Shown piece after piece: positions 20,277 to 30,236 of a stretch of 64,000 bases of DNA. Source of the stretch: Candidatus Gottesmanbacteria bacterium (GTDB taxonomy: Bacteria > Patescibacteriota > Microgenomatia > UBA10105 > UBA927). The number at the start of each line of letters is the position of its first letter. Within the stretch, counting starts at the first letter, position 1. The DNA lies in contig JACREN010000037.1 of assembly GCA_016218255.1 (NCBI GenBank), positions 1,514-65,513 on the forward strand. Reading direction: 5' to 3'. Below the pieces are notes generated by a model that saw only the letters and a program-made list of their open reading frames with translations, made no database searches and was not told the DNA's origin. A program made the translations under genes and the position numbers.

Positions 20277-21391
20277 AAATTGGCATTGATGCGCGACTTA
20301 TTGACGAAACGGGAGTGGGGAGGTACATTCGCAATCTCATTGAGAATCTTGGGCGGCTGGATAGTCACAACCGTTATATAGTTTTTTTGAGAAAAAAATC
20401 GTTTCCCGGATTTCAGATACCAAACGCGCGATGGGAGAAGCGTCTTGCGGATGTGCCATGGCATACAGTTGTGGAACAGCTGGTCATGCCTTGGTTGTAT
20501 ATTCGGGAACATCTCGATGTTGTACATGTTCCATATTTCAATGTGCCAATTTTTTACCCCAAAACTCTTATAGTCACGATTCATGACGTCATAATTCTCC
20601 ATTTCGCTACAGGAAAATCTACGACTCTACCAATGTGGCTGTATCACATTCGTCGCTTGGGATATTGGATTGTGCTCAAGGTCGGTGTTTTGCGGGCACG
20701 ACTGATTCTTGCCGTTTCTGAGACTACGAAGCATGAGCTAGTGCGTCATTTTTCTGTTCCGGATCGAAAAATCCGAATCACCCATGAAGGAGTGGATTTG
20801 AGACTTCAGAATTTACATACTAAATTTCGAGACGACAGACGAATTATCAAGGGACCGTATTTTTTGTATGTTGGGAATGTTTATCCGCATAAAAATATTG
20901 AAGTGCTGACGGAAGCATTTGGAAAAATTTCCCCGAACTGTAGACTGGTTTTGGTAGGAAGAAGTGATTTTTTTTATGAACGATTGCGGGAAAACGTGAA
21001 AAAAGAGCAATTTGCTGACCGGGTGGTTTTTTTTGGCGAAGCGAGCGACTCGCAGTTAATGAATCTTTATGCGTATGCTACTGCACTGGTATATCCATCA
21101 CGAATGGAAGGTTTTGGATTGCCTCCTCTTGAAGCGCTTGCTTTGGAATGTCCGGTAATAACTAGCGATATACCGATATTTCGGGAAATTCTTGGTGACT
21201 TGTCGATATATTTTGACCCTGACAATTCTACGGAATTGGCTAATATTCTTTCTAAAATGCTCATGGAGCCGGTGAACACCACATGGAAAAAGCGCGCGCG
21301 AAATTATGCAAGCAGTTTTCGATGGGAAACAATGGCTGAAAGAACGTTAGCAGCATATGAATATTGCGTTCGTATACGACCGGATCAATAA
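20273..21391 (+). CDS. Glycosyltransferase family 4
   Basis: MKIGIDAR..GVGRY, TIHD, VGNVYPHKN, PSRMEGFGLPPLEA. Confidence 0.9.
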   Translation: MKIGIDARLIDETGVGRYIRNLIENLGRLDSHNRYIVFLRKKSFPGFQIPNARWEKRLADVPWHTVVEQLVMPWLYIREHLDVVHVPYFNVPIFYPKTLIVTIHDVIILHFATGKSTTLPMWLYHIRRLGYWIVLKVGVLRARLILAVSETTKHELVRHFSVPDRKIRITHEGVDLRLQNLHTKFRDDRRIIKGPYFLYVGNVYPHKNIEVLTEAFGKISPNCRLVLVGRSDFFYERLRENVKKEQFADRVVFFGEASDSQLMNLYAYATALVYPSRMEGFGLPPLEALALECPVITSDIPIFREILGDLSIYFDPDNSTELANILSKMLMEPVNTTWKKRARNYASSFRWETMAERTLAAYEYCVRIRPDQ

Positions 21392-22445
21392 GTGGGGAGG
21401 AGCAGAGCGTGTGCTTCTTGCGCTTCATAAGGTATGGCCGGAGGCGTCGATTTATACTGCAGTTTATGATCGCAAGCGTGCTGCCTGGGCACAGGTTTTT
21501 GATGTTCGGACGACCTTTCTAGATCGGGTGCCATGGGCAAGAAAACACCACGAGTGGTATCCGTGGTTGACCCCACTTGCATTCGAAACCCTTTCATTTG
21601 ACGAATACGATGTGGTGATATCCATAACATCTGCAGAGGCAAAAAATCTAATAACTAAATCAGGCACACTACATATTTGTTATTGTTTAACGCCGACGAG
21701 ATATTTGTGGAGCGGTTATCAGGAGTACGCTGACTCATCCAAAGTTTTGCCGTTTGTCGCGCCGATATTAAGAAAGTGGGATCGAATTGCAAGCGCTCGT
21801 CCTGATTATTATATAGCGATATCTGCGCGAGTATCACAGCGTATACAGGAATATTATAAGCGTGATGTTGTTCGCATCATTACTCCTCCCGTCAATACTG
21901 ATCAATTTCAAATTGGGCATGACGATAGTCAAATGGGAGAGCGGCCTTTCTTGGTTGTATCACGGCTCGTGCCGTATAAGCGTATAGATGTTATTATCGC
22001 TGCGTTCAATCAGCTCGGGTACCCACTTATTGTTATAGGGACTGGGAGCGAGAGAGAACGGCTGCGTAATTTGGCACGAAAGAACATAACATTCATTCAT
22101 ACGCATTTGACAGACGAACAGCTGGTTGGCTATTATCAAAGGTGCCGCGCGTTTGTTTTTGCCGCAGATGAAGATTTTGGACTTGCAGCGATAGAAGCAC
22201 AGGCCTGCGGTCGGCCGGTGATTGCGTTTGGAAACAGTGGTATTGCCGAAACGGTGATTCATAGAAAAACCGGTATATTGTTTTATAAACAAACACCGAA
22301 TGAATTGATTCGCGCGGTACGGCAATTTACTTCAGAATTCTATGATTCTCGTACCATTCGGCGTCATGCATTGTCGTTCGGCGTTGAACCGTTTGCAAAA
22401 CAAATGAAGGAAACAGTTCTTGACTTGTACAAAAAATATATATGA
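21357..22445 (+). CDS. Glycosyltransferase family 4 (WbaZ-like mannosyltransferase)
   Basis: GGAERVL, CYCLTPTRYLW, VSRLVPYKR, EDFGLAAIEAQACGRPVIA. Confidence 0.88.
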   Translation: MNIAFVYDRINKWGGAERVLLALHKVWPEASIYTAVYDRKRAAWAQVFDVRTTFLDRVPWARKHHEWYPWLTPLAFETLSFDEYDVVISITSAEAKNLITKSGTLHICYCLTPTRYLWSGYQEYADSSKVLPFVAPILRKWDRIASARPDYYIAISARVSQRIQEYYKRDVVRIITPPVNTDQFQIGHDDSQMGERPFLVVSRLVPYKRIDVIIAAFNQLGYPLIVIGTGSERERLRNLARKNITFIHTHLTDEQLVGYYQRCRAFVFAADEDFGLAAIEAQACGRPVIAFGNSGIAETVIHRKTGILFYKQTPNELIRAVRQFTSEFYDSRTIRRHALSFGVEPFAKQMKETVLDLYKKYI

Positions 22446-23524
22446 AAGCTGTAATTTTTGCGGGAGGTGCTGGGACGCGGTTGTGGCCGCTGTCAAGAAA
22501 AAATTCTCCTAAGCAGTTTGAAAAAATCATTTCGGATCAGTCTACGCTGCAATTGGCAGCCAAACGGCTGTTGCCGGATTTCACCTGGAACGACATGTAT
22601 GTCTCAACCGGGTCGCAGTATGTGTCTATAGTTCAGGATCAATTGAGGGAGTTGCCGCCACACCAGGTTATAGGTGAACCGCAGATGCGGGACGTCGGTC
22701 CCGCAGTTGGGCTCATGACCGCGCTGTTGGTTCGTGAGGCTCCGGATGAGCCGATGGTCATCCTATGGAGTGACCACCTCGTGAAAGACGAGGAGTATTT
22801 CCGGCGAATACTTGCGGCATCCGGCAGAATCGTTGAGAAAAATCCTGATAAGATTGTATTTGTCGCACAAAAACCCCGGTTTCCAAGCGAAAATTTAGGA
22901 TGGATCCAATACGGAAAACGGGCATTTGAAGACCAGGGTATTCCTTTTTATTCATTTATAGATTTTCATTATCGGCCAGATAAACAAACGGCGGAACGCT
23001 ATTTCCAAAGCAGCCATTATGCATGGAATTTAGGATATTTTGTGACAACACCAAGATTTTTGTGGAAGCAGTATGAACTGCTCGTACCGAATCTTTCACA
23101 GGGACTGGGGAGAATCGCAGATAGCTGGAAAACCGGACGATTTCTCGAGGTTCTTCAGGAGATATATCCTACCCTTGAAAAAATACATTTTGATAATGCG
23201 GTCCTTGAAAAATTAAATCCGACAGACGCGCTTGTAGTGTCGGAAAATATCGGATGGAGTGATATTGGCGCGTGGGAAGCGCTAAAGGAGGCTTTGCAAG
23301 AAGCAAAGGATAAGAATGTTATTCAAGGAAATGTGTTGACTACCGATACTCGTGATTCTCTAATCTATAATTATGGCAAGCAGTTGGTTGTGACCATAGA
23401 CGGTTCTGAAATACTTGTCGTTGTGACGCCAGATGTAGTGCTTGTATGCAAAAAGGATTCAGTAGGAAAGATTAAGAAATTGGTAGAGGGATTTGCTGGA
23501 ACGGAACATGAGCATCTAGCTTGA
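22442..23524 (+). CDS. manC: Mannose-1-phosphate guanylyltransferase (ManC GMP domain)
   Basis: FAGGAGTRLWPLSRKNSPKQF, WSDH, WNLG, GWSDIGAWEAL. Confidence 0.82.
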   Translation: MKAVIFAGGAGTRLWPLSRKNSPKQFEKIISDQSTLQLAAKRLLPDFTWNDMYVSTGSQYVSIVQDQLRELPPHQVIGEPQMRDVGPAVGLMTALLVREAPDEPMVILWSDHLVKDEEYFRRILAASGRIVEKNPDKIVFVAQKPRFPSENLGWIQYGKRAFEDQGIPFYSFIDFHYRPDKQTAERYFQSSHYAWNLGYFVTTPRFLWKQYELLVPNLSQGLGRIADSWKTGRFLEVLQEIYPTLEKIHFDNAVLEKLNPTDALVVSENIGWSDIGAWEALKEALQEAKDKNVIQGNVLTTDTRDSLIYNYGKQLVVTIDGSEILVVVTPDVVLVCKKDSVGKIKKLVEGFAGTEHEHLA

Positions 23525-23536
23525 TATTATTTTTTT

Positions 23537-24175
23537 ATGATTTATACCTTCCTAAAGAGATGCATTGATTTGATCGGCGGTCTTTTCCTTATGATTTTTT
23601 TTGGTCCCATATGCATATTGACCGCAATTGCCATCGCTCTTGATACACCGGGTCCAGTCTTGGCGGATACCCCTCCCAGAGTTGGTAAAAACGGTAAATT
23701 TTTTAAGTTGTATAAATTCCGGTCGATGGTTGTTCATGCGCATGAAAAATTGCGGAATGATCCTCGACTGGCGAAGTTGTATAGTGAATATAAACGAAAT
23801 AGTTACAAACTTCGAGAAGATCCCCGCGTTACGACAGTGGGGCGTTTTATACGGAAGCATTCGCTCGACGAAATACCACAACTGATAAACGTTTTGAAAG
23901 GTGATATGAGTTTAGTCGGACCCCGGCCGTATTATCCCGACGAGCTTGTTGATCAACAAAAGAAATATCCGCACACAAAAGAACTGGTGAAGATTGTACT
24001 TTCGGCTAAGCCGGGCATCACCGGGATGTGGCAGGTGTCCGGAAGAAGTGAAGTGAATTTTGATAAACGGATTAAGATGGATGCAGATTATGTACGTCAG
24101 CGTTCCCTAATTCTGGACATTTTTGTACTCCTGAAAAGTCCGTGGGCGATGATTTCCGGCAAGGGAGCGGTATAA
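23537..24175 (+). CDS. Priming sugar-phosphate transferase (Bac_transf, WbaP/WcaJ catalytic domain)
   Basis: [54 protein letters not shown]. Confidence 0.92.
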   Translation: MIYTFLKRCIDLIGGLFLMIFFGPICILTAIAIALDTPGPVLADTPPRVGKNGKFFKLYKFRSMVVHAHEKLRNDPRLAKLYSEYKRNSYKLREDPRVTTVGRFIRKHSLDEIPQLINVLKGDMSLVGPRPYYPDELVDQQKKYPHTKELVKIVLSAKPGITGMWQVSGRSEVNFDKRIKMDADYVRQRSLILDIFVLLKSPWAMISGKGAV

Positions 24176-24183
24176 ATTCGCAA

Positions 24184-24212
24184 TTGACAAAAAACCCGGT
24201 TATCTTCAGAAT
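24184..24212 (+). promoter_or_regulatory. Sigma70 promoter TTGACA-17-CAGAAT, 7 nt before ATG 24220
   Basis: ttgaca aaaaacccggttatctt cagaat atatagt ATG. Confidence 0.6.
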
Positions 24213-24219
24213 ATATAGT

Positions 24220-26196
24220 ATGGTTGATGATCTAAAAAAGATCGAACTTCCGATTGAACCTGGAGTACACGATATTTCTAAATCTATGAAACGATCATTT
24301 CATTGGAAAATTTTGTTTATTCCTCTCGGCGTCCTGGTTATTTTTGTCCTTGTCGTCGGCATGATGCTGCTCCCTCTCCGTGGTGTCATTGCCAAGGCTC
24401 AGGATGTTATGCGTGTCGGCAAAGAAGCAGGGGCAGCGATAAAGAATCAGGATCTGGAGAAATCAAAAGTTGCTTTGACTGAAACTAGGCAGCAATTAGT
24501 GCTTTTGGATGGCGAATATGCAAAAGTTAAACCACTTAAAATGTTGCCGGTATTGGGTACCTACATAACCGATGGGGAGCATGCTATCAAAGCTGGGTTT
24601 GCAGGATTGGATGCTGCGAATAAGGCCATTGAAGCGCTTGAACCAAATGCTGACCTTTTAGGGCTGAAAGGGAAAAGTACATTTGTATCAGGAACTGCTG
24701 ATGATCGCATTCAAACCGCAGTGAAGACCATGAATGCTTTGACACCAAAAATTAATGAGATGGCGTTGTCTATAGATATACTGCGGAAAGAGTTAAGCGC
24801 GATTGACCCTGCTCGATATCCAAATTCGATCGGAAAAACCGCGGTTCGCGAACCACTCGCGCGTGCAAAAGAAGTGGTAGAGAACGCCGCAAATCTTTTT
24901 GTGAACGCTCAGCCCCTTCTTCTGAACCTTCCCAAGATGCTGGGTGAGCCTACAGAAAAGCGATATCTCATTCTATTTCAAAATGATAAGGAGCTGCGGG
25001 CGACCGGCGGATTTATCACGGCATATGCGCAGTTCCGTTTCGTGAAAGGCAAGGCTATTCTGGAGCGCGCTGACGATATCTATGCGCTGGATGCATCAAG
25101 GTCAAAAAATTTTCCTGCCCCACCCGAGATACTTAAATTTCATAAGGGTGTTTACAATCTTAACATCCGGGATAGCAATCTTTCACCTGATTTAACGTTG
25201 TCTATGCAAAAATTTGAAGAATTGTATAAGACGACATCGGGAAAAGAGATTATAGATGGTATTTGGACTGTCGATACCCATGTGCTTGTGGAAGTGCTGC
25301 GGATACTCGGTCCCACATGGGTATACGGTAGAGAATTTAGCGCGGATATAGATAAGCGGTGTGATTGTCCGAAGGCGGTGTACGAGTTGGAGGATTATTC
25401 AACGCGACCGGTGAACTACGTCAGAACCGCCAGAAAAGATGTGATTGGCGTCCTTATGCAGACACTGCTTCAAAAAGCATTGGGTGTATCGCCGTCTAAA
25501 TATTGGGGAAGCCTTTTTCAGATGTTGATTTCTGAAATCAATCAAAAGCACGTCCAGGCATATTTTCATGATACCGCTGTCCAGAAGGCGGTTGAAAGCT
25601 TTAATATGGCCGGACGGATTATGACTGCTACAGAAACGGCTACCCTTTTAGCTTATAAAGAAGGAAATGGTTGGGATTATCTTCATATCAATAACAGCAA
25701 TATGGCGGGCGCAAAATCAAATATGTTCGTGACGGAAAAAGTTACAAAAGATATGACTGTTACGAGCGATGGAATCATCACAACAAAACTTACTGTTGAA
25801 TATAAAAATCCGTATCCTGGAAGTGACTGCGGATTGGAGAGCGGCGGATTATGCTTAAACGCTCCGCTCAGGAATTGGGTGCGTGTCTATGTTCCAGCAG
25901 GAAGCAAACTGGTTGAAAGCCGCGGTGTGCAGTCTCCCAAAGACGGAAAACCTGTTGCGATGGACACGTATGACAGTTTAAGTAAAACGGTGTTTGAAGG
26001 GTTTTTGGTGGTAAATCCTTTGGGTACTGCGCGGCTTGAGCTTACGTATACTTCTCCGGTTAAGCAACTGGATGGAAAATACAGACTCCTTGTACAAAAA
26101 CAATCGGGAACTGATGGAGATGAATATACGCTAAAGCTTGGCGGACGCGAGCGGAAGAAATTTACGCTTGAGACGGACACGGAATTGACGTTTTAG
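24220..26196 (+). CDS. DUF4012-domain membrane-anchored protein
   Basis: Single N-terminal TM, helical region, YLILFQNDKELRATGGF, IRDSNLSPD, AKSN, VRVYVPAGS. Confidence 0.78.
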   Translation: MVDDLKKIELPIEPGVHDISKSMKRSFHWKILFIPLGVLVIFVLVVGMMLLPLRGVIAKAQDVMRVGKEAGAAIKNQDLEKSKVALTETRQQLVLLDGEYAKVKPLKMLPVLGTYITDGEHAIKAGFAGLDAANKAIEALEPNADLLGLKGKSTFVSGTADDRIQTAVKTMNALTPKINEMALSIDILRKELSAIDPARYPNSIGKTAVREPLARAKEVVENAANLFVNAQPLLLNLPKMLGEPTEKRYLILFQNDKELRATGGFITAYAQFRFVKGKAILERADDIYALDASRSKNFPAPPEILKFHKGVYNLNIRDSNLSPDLTLSMQKFEELYKTTSGKEIIDGIWTVDTHVLVEVLRILGPTWVYGREFSADIDKRCDCPKAVYELEDYSTRPVNYVRTARKDVIGVLMQTLLQKALGVSPSKYWGSLFQMLISEINQKHVQAYFHDTAVQKAVESFNMAGRIMTATETATLLAYKEGNGWDYLHINNSNMAGAKSNMFVTEKVTKDMTVTSDGIITTKLTVEYKNPYPGSDCGLESGGLCLNAPLRNWVRVYVPAGSKLVESRGVQSPKDGKPVAMDTYDSLSKTVFEGFLVVNPLGTARLELTYTSPVKQLDGKYRLLVQKQSGTDGDEYTLKLGGRERKKFTLETDTELTF

Positions 26197-26200
26197 CTTC

Positions 26201-26773
26201 ATGGCAGCACCCCGTTTCTATAGGGTTGAGGGATATATCATTGGGCGAAAACCGGTGGGTGAGGGCGACCGGGTGATTACCATTTTTACCAGAGAATACG
26301 GTAAGCTACGGCTGTATGCTCAAGGAATTCGGCGCATATCGAGCCGCAGAGCACCACATTTGGAGCTTTTCAATCGTGTCAGGCTTCTTATTTATCGGGG
26401 GAGAATGATGGACATGATTGGTGAAGCCGAGATGGTGAGATCGTCCGATGAAATTCGAAGTGATCTTACACGGGTGAGTATTGCATACTATTTCTGTGAG
26501 CTCATCGATGTGTTGTTGCCGGAGCGTCAGGAACACGATGATGTTTTTGAACTTTTGTCTGTTTCGTTGGATTCGATACCCTCCTATGCTTCCGAGAAAT
26601 TGCTGATATTTGCCGGCCGTGTGTCGTTTTCACTTCTTGAACTTCTCGGTTTTTTGGCAAAAGGCAAAGAGCCTGTGGCAGCGGAAATCGTTTCATATAT
26701 AGAACGCATTGCTGAGAAGCGTCTGAAAACGCCAAAATTTTACCGTTTACTGACACGGGGAGTCCGTATTTGA
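26201..26773 (+). CDS. recO: DNA repair protein RecO (short form)
   Basis: GEGDRVITIFTREYGKL..AQGIRRISSR; located upstream of GlyRS. Confidence 0.88.
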   Translation: MAAPRFYRVEGYIIGRKPVGEGDRVITIFTREYGKLRLYAQGIRRISSRRAPHLELFNRVRLLIYRGRMMDMIGEAEMVRSSDEIRSDLTRVSIAYYFCELIDVLLPERQEHDDVFELLSVSLDSIPSYASEKLLIFAGRVSFSLLELLGFLAKGKEPVAAEIVSYIERIAEKRLKTPKFYRLLTRGVRI

Positions 26774-26785
26774 TACAATCGTTAT

Positions 26786-28093
26786 ATGGCCATATTAGAT
26801 AAGATTGTTGCGCTTGCGAAACGAAGGGGTTTTGTATATCCAGGAAGCGAGCTCTATGGCGGAATCGGAGGTTTTTGGGATTATGGACCAAATGGCGTAG
26901 AGTTGGCTAACAACATCAAGCGCTCATGGTGGCAGGCGATGGTGCATGATCGTGAAGATGTGGTGGGATTAGATTCCGCGATCATCATGAACCCCAAAGT
27001 TTGGGAAGCATCAGGTCACGTTTCTTCTTTTACTGATCCGTTGACCGAATGCAAAGTGTGTCATCAGCGATTTCGGGCAGATCAGCCGGATGAAATTGAA
27101 GCACACACGGATAAACATAGGCATGAGGGGCAAAAATCAGTTGCGTGGACAGAAGCACGACAATTTAATCTGCTGTTCCGTACATTTGTGGGTCCGGTAG
27201 AGGATAACTCGTCGCTTGCTTATCTCCGCGGAGAGACATGCCAGGGGATTTACGTGAACTTTCTCAACGTATTGTCTTCTATGCGGGTGAGGGTTCCGTT
27301 TGGTATAGCCCAAATTGGTAAAGCATTCCGTAATGAAGTGACTCCGGGAAAATATTTATTCCGTGTCCGCGAGTTTGAGCAGATGGAGCTTGAGTTTTTT
27401 GTGCACCCGCGTGAGGCGACGGAACGGTTTACCTATTGGAAAGAAGAGCGTTTGCGCTGGCACCTTTCGCTTGGGTTACAGAAGGATCATGTGCGTTTTC
27501 GGCAGCATGAATCTACGGAACGTGCACATTACGCGGCTGATTCCTGGGATATTGAGTATGATTATCCTGAATGGGGATGGAAGGAGCTCGAAGGAATTGC
27601 GAACAGGACTGATTATGATCTAAAAACGCATGGGAAATGGTCTGGGAAAGATCTTTCATATAGTGATCCCTTGACGAATGAACGATACATACCTTTTGTT
27701 ATTGAGCCATCAGTAGGAGTATCACGACTCTTTTTGGCACTTCTTATCGATGCGTACAAAGAAGATGATAAACGGGCGTTTTTACAGCTGAAGCCGTCTT
27801 TAGCGCCAGTAACAGCTGCGATATTCCCGCTCGTAGCTAATAAGCCGCAGCTTGTTGAAAAGGCGCGATCCGTATATCATTTTCTGAAAAAACATTTTGT
27901 CGTAGGTTGGGATGATCGGGGAAATATAGGGAAACGGTATTTGGCACAGGATGAAATCGGGACCCCCTGGTGTGTCACTGTAGATTATGATACGTTAAAA
28001 GATGATACGGTGACGGTTCGGGATCGGGATACGACGAAGCAGGAACGGGTATCTATTGATCGGCTCAAGGAATATATTGGAGCCAAATTATAG
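26786..28093 (+). CDS. glyQS: Glycine--tRNA ligase, alpha2 (eukaryote/archaea-like) type
   Basis: KRRGFVYPGSELYGG, ASGH, YLRGETCQG, AQIGKAFRNE, FRVREFEQME, ELEGIANR, IEPSVG; TGA-TACAAT 6 nt upstream. Confidence 0.95.
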   Translation: MAILDKIVALAKRRGFVYPGSELYGGIGGFWDYGPNGVELANNIKRSWWQAMVHDREDVVGLDSAIIMNPKVWEASGHVSSFTDPLTECKVCHQRFRADQPDEIEAHTDKHRHEGQKSVAWTEARQFNLLFRTFVGPVEDNSSLAYLRGETCQGIYVNFLNVLSSMRVRVPFGIAQIGKAFRNEVTPGKYLFRVREFEQMELEFFVHPREATERFTYWKEERLRWHLSLGLQKDHVRFRQHESTERAHYAADSWDIEYDYPEWGWKELEGIANRTDYDLKTHGKWSGKDLSYSDPLTNERYIPFVIEPSVGVSRLFLALLIDAYKEDDKRAFLQLKPSLAPVTAAIFPLVANKPQLVEKARSVYHFLKKHFVVGWDDRGNIGKRYLAQDEIGTPWCVTVDYDTLKDDTVTVRDRDTTKQERVSIDRLKEYIGAKL

Positions 28094-28102
28094 GATTTCA
28101 TT

Positions 28103-28567
28103 ATGAATAAAAAATTGGTTGGTATTGGTTTGGCGATCGTACTTGTGTTGACCATTGGATTGGTCGCATATACTTTTATTCCTCCTAAAAAGTCTGCGAA
28201 GCCCACGGTGACAGAAGAAACGGTGCCGCAGGATATTGAGACATTGAGTCCGTCAGTTCAGGTGACGGTGTCCAAAAGCAAAGTCAAAGACAATACGGTT
28301 GTGCTCTCTGTGTTGGGGTTGGCCAGTAAGTACACGAGCGTGGCATATGAACTCAGCTACGAAACGCAGGGGATTATACAAGGCGCTACCAGTAAGCCAT
28401 TGGATATAGGCGGGAAGGATTCGTTTGTCCGGGACGATATTTATCTCGGCACGTGCTCGCGGAATGTCTGCCGGCCGCATAGCGGAGTGAAAAGCGTATC
28501 GCTTGTGCTGGAATTTATCAGCCTATCCGGAAAGAAAAGTCAATTTTCCAAAGACTTCGATCTCTAG
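28103..28567 (+). CDS. Hypothetical membrane-anchored protein
   Basis: N-terminal TM helix, beta-rich body with a Cys pair (LGTCSRNVC). Confidence 0.7.
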   Translation: MNKKLVGIGLAIVLVLTIGLVAYTFIPPKKSAKPTVTEETVPQDIETLSPSVQVTVSKSKVKDNTVVLSVLGLASKYTSVAYELSYETQGIIQGATSKPLDIGGKDSFVRDDIYLGTCSRNVCRPHSGVKSVSLVLEFISLSGKKSQFSKDFDL

Positions 28568-28650
28568 TATCCACGTTTTTCAGTTATCATTTTTCTCAAA
28601 CATTTTTGTCTATTGAATGTCGTGAAATACCCCTTGACAGCCCGTGAAAA

Positions 28651-28700
28651 ATGGGAGACTATGGATAAAGATGGGAAGATATGGTAGACTTTGGGAATGA
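28651..28700 (+). promoter_or_regulatory. MraZ operator: five TGG(G/N)A-like boxes at 10-nt period overlapping the dcw promoter
   Basis: atgggagact atggataaag atgggaagat atggtagact ttgggaatga; TTGACA at 28634, TGG-TAGACT at 28682-28690. Confidence 0.75.
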
Positions 28701-29095
28701 AGCTGTTCCTTGGGGAATACGACCATGCACTAGACGAACGAGGCCGGGTGACGCTCCCAAAAAAGATTCGGGCAGAGATAGACGACCGTGAACTGGTACT
28801 TGCGAAAGGGTTTGATCCTTGTATTTTTGGTTTTGATAAAGCGAGTTGGGAGCGTGAAGCGGCCAAGCACCTTGACACACCGGTGACCGACGAAAAAGCC
28901 AGAAACTTACGGCGGTACTTATTCAGTGCCGCCCAAAAAGTTGAGATAGACAAACTTGGTCGTATTCTTTTGCCTGCCCTGCTCAAGGAATATGCTTTTA
29001 TAGCAACTGAGTTGATTGTGATCGGCGCCGGAGACCATTTTGAGATTTGGGATAAGTCCCGATGGCAATCGTATGTAAATAAATCATCGCCATGA
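28697..29095 (+). CDS. mraZ: Transcriptional regulator MraZ
   Basis: LFLGEYDHALDERGRVTLP, EIDKLGRILLP, IGAGDHFEIW. Confidence 0.95.
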   Translation: MKLFLGEYDHALDERGRVTLPKKIRAEIDDRELVLAKGFDPCIFGFDKASWEREAAKHLDTPVTDEKARNLRRYLFSAAQKVEIDKLGRILLPALLKEYAFIATELIVIGAGDHFEIWDKSRWQSYVNKSSP

Positions 29096-29937
29096 GCAAG
29101 TATCATACGCCGGTGCTGTTGCAAGAGACGATTGAAGGTTTGCGGGTGAGACCTGGGAAGCGATATATTGACGCTACAGTGGGTGGTGGCGGGCACGGAA
29201 TTGAGATTGTACGGAGAGGTGGAGCGCTTTTGGGGATTGATGCTGATAAAGAGGCAGTCGCATTTGCATCACAAACGTTCGCAGGGTATTCAGGGAGTTG
29301 GAAAATTGTTCATGGTAATTTTCGTGATATTGAATCGATTGGAAGGGCGTATGGATTTGATGCGGTGGATGGCATAGTTTTTGACTTAGGGGTATCAAGT
29401 TATCAGCTCGACACCCCATCGAGAGGATTTAGTTATCGGTTTGAGGATGCACCACTTGATTTGCGGCTTGATCAGTCGAGAGGGGAAAATGCTGCAGAGT
29501 GGATAGCATCGGCAAGTGAGGAAGAATTGTATGAAGTTATTGCAAAATATGGTGAGGAAGAGCGTGCTGGGGCAATTGCTCATGATATTGTCTTGGCGCG
29601 TCGTATAAGTCCAATAAGGTCAGCCCGTCAGTTGGCAGCGATCGTATCGGATAGCGCGGCGACCTTATCGAGAATATTTCAGGCTCTTAGAATTTATGTT
29701 AACGACGAACTGGGAGCCATACGGGGTGGATTATTTGGAGCAGCGGGTTTGTTGGTTCCGACCGGAAGATTGGCGGTAATAAGTTTTCATTCATTGGAGG
29801 ATCGGTTGGTTAAGGAATTTATGAAACGTCCCCAGTGGCATCAAATAACAAAGAAGCCGCTGCGAGCAAGCGAAAGCGAGCTATCTTCTAATAGAAGGGG
29901 AAGAAGCGCAAAGTTGCGTATAGCAGAAAGAATATGA
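29092..29937 (+). CDS. rsmH: 16S rRNA m4C1402 methyltransferase
   Basis: HTPVLL, DATVGGGGH, DLGVSSYQLD, FQALRIYVN, ISFHSLEDR, RSAKLR. Confidence 0.95.
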   Translation: MSKYHTPVLLQETIEGLRVRPGKRYIDATVGGGGHGIEIVRRGGALLGIDADKEAVAFASQTFAGYSGSWKIVHGNFRDIESIGRAYGFDAVDGIVFDLGVSSYQLDTPSRGFSYRFEDAPLDLRLDQSRGENAAEWIASASEEELYEVIAKYGEEERAGAIAHDIVLARRISPIRSARQLAAIVSDSAATLSRIFQALRIYVNDELGAIRGGLFGAAGLLVPTGRLAVISFHSLEDRLVKEFMKRPQWHQITKKPLRASESELSSNRRGRSAKLRIAERI

Positions 29938-30230
29938 TACGAGCGTTTGGGAAATTATGTCTTCATCTTTTGCCGATATTTTTAGTGCTGGTTGTGCTGG
30001 CGGAATTCATGGTAACAAACTATTTGGCTGCGAAAGGAAGGGAAGTGGGTGCGGTAGAACAAAAAATTGTCGATTTTCAGGATGAGAACGAGCGTTTAGC
30101 ACAGCAAATTGCCTCAGCGTCTTCGTTGCTTCACGTGTCTGCGGAAGCCCGGGCCATGGGCTTCATTGAGCCAGCACAATATATGACCATAGGACCCGAG
30201 CAATTTACGGTCGCACTGTCTACGCGCTAG
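29934..30230 (+). CDS. ftsL: FtsL-like cell division protein
   Basis: TM helix plus coiled coil, ending A..MGF; lies between rsmH and the PBP gene. Confidence 0.6.
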   Translation: MIRAFGKLCLHLLPIFLVLVVLAEFMVTNYLAAKGREVGAVEQKIVDFQDENERLAQQIASASSLLHVSAEARAMGFIEPAQYMTIGPEQFTVALSTR

Positions 30231-30236
30231 TCACAT

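Noticed and set aside
26786-28093. GlyRS placed next to dcw to feed Gly-tRNA to FemABX
   Set aside because: recO-glyQS linkage is a widespread arrangement and needs no special explanation
28564-29196. 210-aa minus-strand ORF
   Set aside because: Antisense shadow of mraZ/rsmH with no recognisable motifs
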